Of a stretch of 64,000 nt of DNA, positions 1-10,343 are shown in pieces. Source of the stretch: Candidatus Sumerlaeia bacterium. GTDB taxonomy: Bacteria; Sumerlaeota; Sumerlaeia; SLMS01; JANRJK01. The notes under the pieces are model-generated. The model was not told the origin of the DNA, ran no database searches, and was given only the letters and a program-made list of their open reading frames with translations. The DNA is taken from the NCBI GenBank assembly GCA_033764015.1, contig JANRJK010000002.1, forward strand, positions 128,001-192,000. Direction: 5' to 3'. Made by a program: the position numbers and the translations under genes. Within the stretch, counting starts at the first letter, position 1. Every line of letters starts with the position of its first letter.

Positions 1-492
1 CACACCATGGACGCGGTGCAGACCGTCGAGCGCATCATCAACTTCTACCCGGCGTACCTCCACGCGCAAATCCGCATGGAAATGTCGCTGGGCCTGCAGG
101 GCGTCGTCAGCCAGCGCCTCCTCCCGCGCAAGCGCGGCATGGGCCGCGTGCCCGCCATCGAAATCCTCGTCAACTCCCCCCTCATCAAGAAGCTGCTCCA
201 CGAGGGCAAGACGCTCGAACTGCTCCAGACCATCGAGGCGTCCGGCTCCTGGGGCATGCAGTCCTTCAACCAGTCGCTCTTCATGCTGATCCAGGAGAAC
301 CTGGTGAACGTGGAGGATGCGATGCTCTACGCGACGAGCCCGGAGGAACTGCGCCTCATGATCGACGGCATCACGTCGGGCAGCGGGAACCGGTTCATCA
401 ACCCGGCGGACAACATGGGCCTGCAGGCGACGCCGATCCCGATCCAGGGGAGGTCCTCGTCGACCGCGGTGCGGCGCCCCGGCTCCTCCTGA
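1..492 (+). CDS. PilT/PilU-family type IV pilus ATPase, C-terminal part (5' truncated by window)
   Basis: Frame open from base 1: HTMDAVQTVERII (His box), VVSQRLLP, R.PAIEILVNSP, GMQSFNQSL. Confidence 0.9.
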   Translation, partial: HTMDAVQTVERIINFYPAYLHAQIRMEMSLGLQGVVSQRLLPRKRGMGRVPAIEILVNSPLIKKLLHEGKTLELLQTIEASGSWGMQSFNQSLFMLIQENLVNVEDAMLYATSPEELRLMIDGITSGSGNRFINPADNMGLQATPIPIQGRSSSTAVRRPGSS

Positions 493-498
493 GCGGGG

Positions 499-2373
499 TC
501 AGACCACGCGCTTGAACCAGCGCTCCAGCTCGCCGCGCGCGACGCGGACCACAGTGGGGCGCCCGTGCGGGCACTGGAAGGACAGGCGCTCGGCGCGCAT
601 CTGGGCGAGCAGCCGGCGCATCTGCTCCATCGGCAGCGGATCGCCCGCTCGGATCGCGGAGTGGCACGCCGTCCGGATCAGCAGCGCGTCGCGGCGCCTG
701 GCGAGCGCATCGGGGCCGGTGAAGCGCTCGAAGTCCTCCAGCAGGTCGATCACGAGCGCCACCGCGTCCACCTCCGCGGCGTCCGCGGGCACCGCCGCCA
801 CGCGCCAGGTCCGCGGGCCGAACTCCTCCAAGTGGAAGCCGAGCCGCTCCAACAGCGGAAGCGACTCGCGCAACAGCGGCTGCTGCGCCGGCGGCACCTC
901 GAGCAGCGGTGGGAGGAGCAGCGCCTGCGAGGCGGCCTCCGCGGGGCGGCGGAGCAGTTCGAGATAGCGCAGCCGCTCGTGCGCCGCGTGCTGATCCACC
1001 AGCAGCAGGTCCTCGCCGAAGCGGGCGACGATGTAGGTGTTCGCAAGCTGGCCGAGCGGCTCCGCCACGTGCGGCGCGGACCAGAACTCGGCTTCGGGGC
1101 GCTCGCCCGGCCCGGCGCTGAGCGGCGACCGGTCGCCGTGGCGCAGGTCGAGAGGCGCGGCCGGCCCCGTCGCGATGCCGGCGGCCATCGACTCCGGCAG
1201 GCGCGCCAGTGCGTTGAGCCTCGCGGCGTCGGCGAGCCAGTCCCGCTGCGCGGGGCGCGGCGCGGCCGGCGCCATGCCGCGCGTGGCGAGCGACTCCGCG
1301 CTGGTGAAGAACCCGGGCAGCCCCGGCGGCGGCGGGGGAGCGGCCTCCGCGGCGGGCCCCTCCGCGCGGCGCACGTCGAAGCCTCGCGCCGAGCCGGCGC
1401 CGATCGCGGCCTCGACCGCGCGGAAGACCGCGCCGGCCACCTCGCGCTCGTCCTCGAAGCGCACCTCCTCCTTCGTCGGATGCACGTTGAAGTCCACCGC
1501 CTCCGGCGGCACATCGATCATGACGCACGCCATCGGGAAGCGGCCCACCATGAGGTGCCCCTTGCACGCCTGCTCGAGCGCAGCCGCCAGCGTCCGGCTC
1601 GTGAACGGGCGCCCGTTGACGTAGAGCAACTCCCAGCGCCGGTCGCCGCGGGTGCACTGCGGCGGCGCGATCCAGCCCCCGATACGGATGCCCGGGCGCT
1701 CGTGCGAGAGCGCGGCCAGCGGCTCCGTGAGCGCGCTCCCGAGCAGCGCGGCGAAGCGGTCGCGGAGCCCCTGCTCCGCCGGCAGGTCGAGAAGCTCCTC
1801 CCCCTCGCGCTCGACGCGGAAGCCGACGAGGTCCGCCGCGAGCGCTTGCCGCGTGGCGACTTGGAGGACTGCGTTGAGTTCGCCGACCGGGGACTTGAGG
1901 AACTTCAAGCGGGCCGGGGTGTTGAAGAAGAGGTCGCGCACGGCGATGCGTGTGCCCGGCGGGGCGCCGACCGGTTCGAGACGCTGGAGGATGCCACCTT
2001 CGACGACGATACGGGTGCCGGAGAGCTCGTCGCGCCGCCGGGTTGCGAGCTCCATCCGCGAAACCGCGGCGATCGACGCGAGTGCCTCGCCCCGGAAACC
2101 CCTTGTCCGCAGATGGATCAAGTCGTCGATAGAAGCGATCTTGCTCGTCGCGTGGCGCTGGAGCGACATCTCCGCGTCGTCCCGCGACATGCCGGAGCCG
2201 TCGTCGGTGACGACCGCGTCGCGGAGCTGGTTGGCGAATTCGACACGGATCCGAGTCGCGCCGGCGTCGATGGAGTTTTCGACCAGTTCCTTGAGGACAC
2301 TGGCCATGCGGACGATCACCTCGCCGGCGGCGATCTGGTTGATGAGCGTTTGCGGGAGGATGCGGACGGGCAT
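499..2373 (-). CDS. mutL: DNA mismatch repair endonuclease MutL
   Basis: NQIAAGEV, KELVENSIDAGA, GFRGEALASI, VDFNVHPTK, DQHAAHER endonuclease motif, CPHGRP. Confidence 0.97.
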   Translation of the reverse strand: MPVRILPQTLINQIAAGEVIVRMASVLKELVENSIDAGATRIRVEFANQLRDAVVTDDGSGMSRDDAEMSLQRHATSKIASIDDLIHLRTRGFRGEALASIAAVSRMELATRRRDELSGTRIVVEGGILQRLEPVGAPPGTRIAVRDLFFNTPARLKFLKSPVGELNAVLQVATRQALAADLVGFRVEREGEELLDLPAEQGLRDRFAALLGSALTEPLAALSHERPGIRIGGWIAPPQCTRGDRRWELLYVNGRPFTSRTLAAALEQACKGHLMVGRFPMACVMIDVPPEAVDFNVHPTKEEVRFEDEREVAGAVFRAVEAAIGAGSARGFDVRRAEGPAAEAAPPPPPGLPGFFTSAESLATRGMAPAAPRPAQRDWLADAARLNALARLPESMAAGIATGPAAPLDLRHGDRSPLSAGPGERPEAEFWSAPHVAEPLGQLANTYIVARFGEDLLLVDQHAAHERLRYLELLRRPAEAASQALLLPPLLEVPPAQQPLLRESLPLLERLGFHLEEFGPRTWRVAAVPADAAEVDAVALVIDLLEDFERFTGPDALARRRDALLIRTACHSAIRAGDPLPMEQMRRLLAQMRAERLSFQCPHGRPTVVRVARGELERWFKRVV

Positions 2374-2384
2374 GGCGGGGGCCT

Positions 2385-2421
2385 AAAAAATACTTTCGCC
2401 CCGGCATCGCCGGGGCGAAAG
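2385..2421 (-). terminator. Intrinsic terminator just upstream of mutL, ending the candidate sRNA
   Basis: Perfect 13-bp stem CTTTCGCCCCGGC/GCCGGGGCGAAAG (2393-2421), followed on the minus strand by TATTTTTT. Confidence 0.8.
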
Positions 2422-2494
2422 CAAAACAGGGTGGACCCCACGTGACACCCTGCTTAGGTTTGGATCAAGGAGCGATCAACAAACACCATACTGC
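2385..2494 (-). ncRNA. Candidate ~110-nt sigma54-dependent small RNA (or mutL leader)
   Basis: Lies between a -24/-12 promoter and a terminator. Three hairpins: GTTTG(TT)GATC-GCTCCTT-GATCCAAAC; AGCAGGGTG..CACCCTGTT; terminator. No substantial ORF. Confidence 0.55.
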
Positions 2495-2504
2495 CTAGTT
2501 GGGT

Positions 2505-2521
2505 AGCACATGATGGGCCAG
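2505..2521 (-). promoter_or_regulatory. sigma54 -24/-12 promoter
   Basis: Minus strand CTGGCCCATCATGTGCT = TGGC..GG-N10-GC-T with the exact spacing; predicted +1 near 2494. Confidence 0.55.
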
Positions 2522-2549
2522 TCTCGGATCGTGGTGCTAAGTGTAGTTA

Positions 2550-2562
2550 AGTCAAGAATTTG
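2550..2562 (+). promoter_or_regulatory. IHF-like bending site
   Basis: AGTCAAGAATTTG, one mismatch to WATCAANNNNTTR, in an AT-rich patch between the enhancer and the promoter. Confidence 0.35.
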
Positions 2563-2594
2563 AGTTAAGTGGATCTGGGGTGGCGGCGATGCGA

Positions 2595-2611
2595 TGTAAA
2601 GACGATTTACA
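2595..2611. promoter_or_regulatory. Palindromic activator-binding site (candidate enhancer/UAS)
   Basis: TGTAAA-GACGA-TTTACA perfect inverted repeat in a GC-rich genome, about 70 bp upstream of the activator gene and centred ~109 bp from the predicted +1. Confidence 0.6.
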
Positions 2612-2679
2612 CTGGCTGGTTCTAATGGCGGCAATTTTCTGCCCAATTGGTGGTTAAGCCGAAATCTCGGCGTGCTCCT

Positions 2680-4601
<1,922 letters not shown>

Positions 4602-4605
<4 letters not shown>

Positions 4606-6002
4606 TCGCCGCAGCGGAGCTGGAACTCGTCGCGCGCCGGCGCCGCGGCCTCCGGTCCCACGAGCGCTTCGAGCCGCTCGACCCAACCCTTCGCCGCGAA
4701 GCACTCCTCCGCGTCGAGCGCGACGAAGACCGCCTTCATCACGATGCCGGGATCGCGCCCGGCGTTTTCCACCGCGCGCGTCGCGAGCGGCATCGCCTCG
4801 GCCGCCCGCCCGTCGCCGCGCAGAATCCCCGCAAGCTCGATGAGCGCGTTCGGCTCGTCCGGCTCCAGTTCGACCGCGCGGGAGAAGTCGGCCCCCGCGC
4901 CGCCCGCGTCCCCCTGCGCCAGGCGCGCCACGCCGCGGATGAAGACCGCGTTCTGGAATCCCGGGTGCTTCTCCACGATGGGATCGAGGAGTTCCTGCGC
5001 CTTGGCGGCGCTCTTGGCGGCGCGCTCCTGCGACTCCTGGGGTTCGAAGACCAGGCGCACCGCGCGCCGGAAGCGCTCGTCGTCCTCCTTGTGGTCGACG
5101 GCGAACAGCGTGCGCGCGGCCGCGCGGGCGGTGCGCCCGTCGCCCTGCCCGCGCGCGTGCTCCCGCGCCGCCTCCAGTTCCGTCCGCGCCTCGTCGCGCT
5201 GCTTGCGCCCCATTTCGCTGAGCGTGGCGCCGAGCTGGTAGCGGAGCCGCGGGTTGTCCGGATGCCGCTCGAGCGCGAGCCGGTAGTCCGCGACGGCCTC
5301 CTCGCGGCGGTCCTGCTCGACCAGCCACCCGCACCACAGCAGCAGGGCGTTCTCCTCGAACCGCTCCGCCTCGATGGCGCGCAGGAAGAGCTCGCGGGCG
5401 CGCTTGCGGTCGCCGATGGAGGTGGCCGCCTTGATCGCGTTGTTGTACGCGGCGCCCCACTGCGGATCGGCCGCGGTGGCGGCCTCGAAGGAGTCGAGCG
5501 CCTCCGCCATGCGACCTCCCATGGCCAAGGTGACGCCCAGTTCGTTGTGCGTGCGCGCGGGGGGCGCGCCGAGTTCGAGCGCCTTGCGGAACGCGGTCTC
5601 CGCGCGGGTGAGGTCGCGCGCCTGCCGCTTCGACAACAGGCCGATCCACTCCCACGCGGTGGCCAGCCCGGCGTCGATGTAGGCGGCGCGTTCGAACTGC
5701 GCGAGCGCGCGCCCGTCCTCGCCGGCGGCCTCGAGCGCCTCGCCGTAGGCGACGAACGCTGCGGCGTCCGTGGGATCCTCCTCCACCAGGGCGGCGAGCC
5801 GCGCGATGCGGTCCGCCGCGGGAATCGACTCGTTGCCCAGGATCTCGATGGCGCGGTCGCCGGCGCTGCGAGGCGGTTGCGCCTCCTGCGCCGGCGCGAG
5901 CGCCGCCGCTGCGATGAGCAGCGCGGCGAGGGCTTGCCCGCGCCGGACCGTGGCGCTTAGCTGCGGAGAACGAAATCCCGTGCCCGGAGACGTGATCGAC
6001 AT
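4602..6002 (-). CDS. Exported tetratricopeptide-repeat protein
   Basis: Signal-like ALAALLIAAAALAPAQEA; many TPR units (THNELGVTLAMGGRMAEALDSFEAA); start uncertain. Confidence 0.8.
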
Positions 6003-6474
6003 GGACCGTGACCAGCTTTTGGAAGAGTTGGAGACATCGCGCGACGCCGTGTTGGCGGCCTTCGACTGCCCACGCGAGTTCTGGGATTCCAGCTACGCGC
6101 CGGGCAAGTGGACGGTGCGCCAAATCCTGACCCACATCGCCGACACGGAGTTGGTCTACTACCTCCGCTTCTCGAAGGCGGTCGCCGAGCCCGGCACGGC
6201 GGTGGAGGCGTTCGACGAGAACGCCTGGGCGCGCCTCGAAGCGGCGACGCGGTCGCCGTCGGCCACCCGCGCGATGTTCGACGCGGTGCGCGAGGCGCTC
6301 ATCTCGCGGCTGCGCGGCCTCGACGACGCCGCCCTGGAGCGCACCGTGGCGCATCCGGAGCGCGGGGCCCTCTCAGCGCGCGCGATCCTCGGCTCCGCTT
6401 CCAAGCACGGACCCCACCACGCCGGACAGGTGCTGGCGGTGCGCGACGGCAAGCCCTGGCAGCCTCCGGTGTGA
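6001..6474 (+). CDS. DinB/YfiT-like protein
   Basis: YAPGKWTVRQILTHIADTE, AFDENAWA, C-terminal HGPHHAGQ; GGAGA RBS upstream. Confidence 0.85.
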   Translation: MDRDQLLEELETSRDAVLAAFDCPREFWDSSYAPGKWTVRQILTHIADTELVYYLRFSKAVAEPGTAVEAFDENAWARLEAATRSPSATRAMFDAVREALISRLRGLDDAALERTVAHPERGALSARAILGSASKHGPHHAGQVLAVRDGKPWQPPV

Positions 6475-7382
6475 CGGCGGAACCAGCCGCCTACCTCGCC
6501 GGCGCCACCGCGTCGGGCAAGTCCGCCGAGGCGGTCCGCCTCGCCCGCGCCCTAGGTCTCGCCATCGTCTCCTGCGACGCCTTGCAGGTTTACCGCGGCA
6601 TCGAGATCGGCACCGCGCAGCCTCTCGAATCGGAGCGCGGCGGGGTGCCGCACCATCTGCTGGGGTGCTCGGACGTCGCGGAGGAGTGGCACGCGGCGCG
6701 GTTCGCCCGCGAGGCCCGCGAAGCCATCGAGGCGGAGGCGCGCGCCGGTCGCCGGTGCCTCGTCGTCGGCGGCACCGGCCTCTGGCTCCGCGCGCTCCGC
6801 GAGGGCCTCTTCGATGGACCGGGCCGCGACGAGGAGCTGCGCCGGGAACTGCGCGCGGTGCTGGCGGAGCGCGGTCCCGGGGGGCTCCATGCGCTCCTCG
6901 CCGAGGAAGATCCGGAGGCCGCCGCCGCGCTCCGCCCCGCGGACCACGTCCGCGTCCTGCGGGCGCTCGAAGTGTGGCGCCTCACCGGGCGCTCGATCGC
7001 GGACTGGCAACGGGAGGACGCGGCGCGCCGCGGGGCGCTGGGGCCCCTGCCGCCGCTCTTCGTGCTCCAGCGGCCCCGCGGGGAACTCCATGCCCGCATC
7101 GCGGCCCGCGTGGACAGGATGCTCGCGGACGGTTGGCTGGCGGAAGCGGGGCGCCTGCGCGAACGCGCCCTCCCCGAGCACGCGCCGCCCAGCAAAGCGC
7201 TCGGCTACCGGGAACTGTCCGCCGTGCTCGACGGGCGCGCGACGCTGGCGGAGGTGAGGGAACGGATCGTCGCCGGCACCCGCCAGTTCGCCCGGCGCCA
7301 GGAGACTTGGTTCCGGGCGGAGCGCGGCGCGGTCGCGGCGGGCCCCGGGTGCGCGGAGCTGGAGGCGCTGCTCAGTCGGTGA
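6471..7382 (+). CDS. miaA: tRNA dimethylallyltransferase
   Basis: GATASGKS, DALQVYRGIEIGTAQP, VGGTGLW, ALGYRE, TRQFARRQETWF; GTG overlaps the upstream stop. Confidence 0.95.
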   Translation: MTAEPAAYLAGATASGKSAEAVRLARALGLAIVSCDALQVYRGIEIGTAQPLESERGGVPHHLLGCSDVAEEWHAARFAREAREAIEAEARAGRRCLVVGGTGLWLRALREGLFDGPGRDEELRRELRAVLAERGPGGLHALLAEEDPEAAAALRPADHVRVLRALEVWRLTGRSIADWQREDAARRGALGPLPPLFVLQRPRGELHARIAARVDRMLADGWLAEAGRLRERALPEHAPPSKALGYRELSAVLDGRATLAEVRERIVAGTRQFARRQETWFRAERGAVAAGPGCAELEALLSR

Positions 7383-7695
7383 TCTTGTTCTTCAGGTGCG
7401 GGATCGTGTCCGACTTACCCGCCTCCATGTACTTCGACTCGGAGCCGGTCTGCGTGACGTTCTCGTAAACGCCGGTGTCGCGCTTCACCAGCTTGGTGAA
7501 GCCGAGGTTCTTCAGTTCCGTGTTGGTCTTGGGCGTGGCGATTCCGGGCGCGAAGAGCAGCCGCTCGACGGGCGCTCCGCACCGCGGGCAGCAGGCGACC
7601 GCATCGTCCTTCATGCTCTGGAGGACTTGGAAGACGTTCGAGCAGTGGGGGCAGCCTTCGTGCCCGTCCAGGACGCGGTATTCGTATAGCGGCAT
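7372..7695 (-). CDS. FmdB-like zinc ribbon protein
   Basis: MPLYEY..CPHC..CPRC. Confidence 0.85.
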   Translation of the reverse strand: MPLYEYRVLDGHEGCPHCSNVFQVLQSMKDDAVACCPRCGAPVERLLFAPGIATPKTNTELKNLGFTKLVKRDTGVYENVTQTGSESKYMEAGKSDTIPHLKNKITD

Positions 7696-7762
7696 TCGAG
7701 GGCTCCTTGCGGCTCTGGCGGAGTGGGTGGCGCGCGGCGACACGCTCCGTCCGGGCGGCGGG

Positions 7763-8107
7763 TCAGAGCGCCTCTTCCTGCCGCTCGCCGGTGCGGATAC
7801 GCACCGCAACAGGGCAGTCGAGGACAAAAATCTTGCCATCCCCGAGCGTGCCCGTGGCGGCCGTCTTCTCGATCGCCGCGATCACGGCGTCCGCCGCAGA
7901 GGCGGCCACCACCACTTCGATCTTCATCTTGGGGATGAAGTTCACCTGGTACTCGCTGCCGCGGTACAGCTCCTGGTGGCCGCGCTGGCGTCCGAAGCCG
8001 CGCACCTCCCAGGCGGTGAAACCGGTGACGCCGAGGTCAGTGAGCGCGGTGCGCACCTCCTCGAGGCGATGCGGCTTGATCACTGCGGTGACGAGCTTGA
8101 GGGACAC
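7763..8107 (-). CDS. glnB: Nitrogen regulatory protein P-II (GlnB/GlnK)
   Basis: AVIKPHRLEEV, GFGRQRG, YRGSEY (Tyr51), GDGKIFV, RIRTGE; GGAGG RBS before GTG 8107; glnB vs glnK not resolvable. Confidence 0.92.
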   Translation of the reverse strand: MSLKLVTAVIKPHRLEEVRTALTDLGVTGFTAWEVRGFGRQRGHQELYRGSEYQVNFIPKMKIEVVVAASAADAVIAAIEKTAATGTLGDGKIFVLDCPVAVRIRTGERQEEAL

Positions 8108-8203
8108 GGGGCGGGCCTCCAATGGCGGGTTGCTCGCTACAGGCAACGCGGGCGGGCCCGGGGATGCAACGCCGATGAGCGGGGGGCCGCCGGCGGAGAA
8201 CGG

Positions 8204-9298
8204 TTAATCGAAGAAGCGGCGGTTCTCCAGCAAGCGCTTGTTTCCCGGCTGGTACTCCAGCGCGCGGTCGAGGTGTAGGCGGCCCCGAGCCTTGTCGCCG
8301 GCGCGGTAGTAAGCGATCGCAAGGAGGTCGTGCGGATGGTGCCGGTAGTAGTGGGGCCGCCAATGGCCGCGGTCCACCTGCGGCCCGAGCGGGATCGCGA
8401 GCGCGGCCTCGCCCCAGGCGCACGCCTCGATCCAGGTGCGGGCGCGCCCCGCCGCTTCGCAGAGCCAGATGTACGGATCGCGGATCGAGGCGTGTTCGCC
8501 GAGCGCCTCCAGAAGGACGGCGCGCTCGCGCTTGCGGTCGCCGAGCATGCGGTGCGACTCCGCCAGGAGTTCCTGCGCCCGGAGCCGTAGCGCCGGGTTC
8601 TCGCTCATGCGGAGCGTGGTCTCGAAGGCGCCGACCGCCTCGGGCCAGAACTTCGAGCGGACATGCTCGTACCCGAGGTAGAAGACGCTTCGGGGATTCT
8701 TGGGATGCGCCTCGTAGCTCCGCCGGGCGGCGGCGTGGAAGACGCGCGGCTTGTCTTGGGGCTTCTTGATCGGGCGATGCTCCATCGTGGCGCTCGTAAG
8801 GACCCGCTCCGGCACGGGGCCCTTCCGCCCGATCAGCGTCTCGTGGTGGTGGAAAATGAATCGCACCTCCGCCGGGCCCCACGCCACGTACCGGTTGAAC
8901 GCTAGCGTGCAGTCGCCATAATCGTCGTACTCGTAGTCCTCCGCGATGTGGAAGATCCGGACGCCCTCCGCCCAGCCCTGCTCCAGCTCCGCGCGGACCT
9001 TGGCGGGGTCGCCCGCGAGCACCTCGTCCGGGTCCAGCATCACCACCACATCCGCGCTTTCCGCGGCGAGGTCCGCAGCCGCTTGCCGCAAGACGGCGAT
9101 GCTGCCCTCGAACCGGGAATGCTCCACGCGCGCGCCGAGCGCGGCGGCGACCTCCGCCGTCCGGTCCGTCGTCGCCTCGTCGACGCAGACGAGGTAGGAA
9201 TCGGCGATGCCGCCGTTGCGCTGGAGGCTTTCGAGATGGCGGGCGAGGTGCGGCTCCTCGTCCCGGGCGATGCAGGCGTAAACGATGCGGAGAGCCAT
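8204..9298 (-). CDS. GT2-family glycosyltransferase with C-terminal TPR
   Basis: CIARDEE, TTDRT, LDPDE (DxD), HE motif; TPR-like FYLGYEH..EAVGAFE. Confidence 0.8.
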   Translation of the reverse strand: MALRIVYACIARDEEPHLARHLESLQRNGGIADSYLVCVDEATTDRTAEVAAALGARVEHSRFEGSIAVLRQAAADLAAESADVVVMLDPDEVLAGDPAKVRAELEQGWAEGVRIFHIAEDYEYDDYGDCTLAFNRYVAWGPAEVRFIFHHHETLIGRKGPVPERVLTSATMEHRPIKKPQDKPRVFHAAARRSYEAHPKNPRSVFYLGYEHVRSKFWPEAVGAFETTLRMSENPALRLRAQELLAESHRMLGDRKRERAVLLEALGEHASIRDPYIWLCEAAGRARTWIEACAWGEAALAIPLGPQVDRGHWRPHYYRHHPHDLLAIAYYRAGDKARGRLHLDRALEYQPGNKRLLENRRFFD

Positions 9299-9447
9299 GG
9301 GACCTTTCCGGAGGTGCGGCGGAAACACTCATGGAGGATCGCAACACTTCCCTTGCCGTGCCTAGGAAGTCCAGAGGAATCTTCCCCCGCGCCGATGGAT
9401 TCCGCGGCGCTCATCCGCTTCCCACCCTCCCCGGAGCAACACAGTTT

Positions 9448-10203
9448 ATGCAGCTCTCCCTCCGCAAGGCCTTCACGCTGATCGAGCTGTTGATCGTCGT
9501 GGCCATCATCGCGATCCTGGCCGCGATCGCGGTCCCGAACTTCCTCGAAGCCCAGACCCGCTCCAAGATCAGCCGCGTGAAGTCGGACATGCGCACGCTC
9601 GCCACCGGCATCGAATCCTACTACGTCGACAACAACTACTACCCGAAGGGCACCGACGACCAGTGGTCGGTCCGCGACCCGGACGACGTGACGACGCTCA
9701 GCGGCAACACGACGGCGGCGGCGGTCCTTGAGCGCCTCTCGACCCCGATCTCCTACCTGACCAGCGGCGCGCTTCAGGATCCGTTCACGAGCTTCTCGCG
9801 CGTGCGCCCCTCCAAGACCACCGGCGCGGGCTTCACGCAAGAGACCCCGATCACCGGCGTGGACCAGGAGCTTGCCCGCTACTACAAGTACACCGCCTTC
9901 ACGCCGGGACAGGGTGCGTTCGTTTCGGCGCTCGTGACCCGTCCCGAGACGACGGCCAAGTGGGCCTGGGGCACCTGGTCGCCGGGCCCCGAGGGCAAGT
10001 ACGTCCAGCTCCGCGGCTCGAACCTGCTGGCCTCGGCGCCCTTCGGCGCCCCCGAAATCGGCGCGATCCTCGATTGGGCCTACGATCCGACCAACGGCAC
10101 CGCCTCGCGCGGCAACATCTGGCGCACCGGCGGCATCCGCACCGGCGAAGGCGCCGCCGGCGACATCTGGCTCACCACGATGCTGCCCGTCACCAGCCGC
10201 TAA
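9448..10203 (+). CDS. Prepilin-type N-methylation domain protein (pilin/GspG-like)
   Basis: RKA|FTLIELLIVVAIIAILAAIAVPNF class III signal; WSPGP and YDPTNGT.S.G.I C-terminal motifs. Confidence 0.9.
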   Translation: MQLSLRKAFTLIELLIVVAIIAILAAIAVPNFLEAQTRSKISRVKSDMRTLATGIESYYVDNNYYPKGTDDQWSVRDPDDVTTLSGNTTAAAVLERLSTPISYLTSGALQDPFTSFSRVRPSKTTGAGFTQETPITGVDQELARYYKYTAFTPGQGAFVSALVTRPETTAKWAWGTWSPGPEGKYVQLRGSNLLASAPFGAPEIGAILDWAYDPTNGTASRGNIWRTGGIRTGEGAAGDIWLTTMLPVTSR

Positions 10204-10230
10204 CCCGCGTCCATATCGGTCTGTGCACGC

Positions 10231-10268
10231 GCGGCGCCCCGGGCCATCCGGGGCGCCGCTTCCATTTT
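10231..10268 (+). terminator. Intrinsic terminator after the pilin gene
   Basis: 12-bp stem GCGGCGCCCCGG/CCGGGGCGCCGC then TTCCATTTT. Confidence 0.65.
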
Positions 10269-10343
10269 CCCGCGCCAGCGCCCTTGCCGCGCCGCGCGCC
10301 CCCCGGCAAGCATCGCGGCTATCCCAAACGCGAGGCGCGCGGC

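Noticed and set aside
2477..2512. Minus-strand mini-ORF MCYPTRQYGVC* as a leader peptide
   Set aside because: Starts inside the predicted sigma54 promoter and has no RBS; relevant only if the alternative sigma70-like promoter is used
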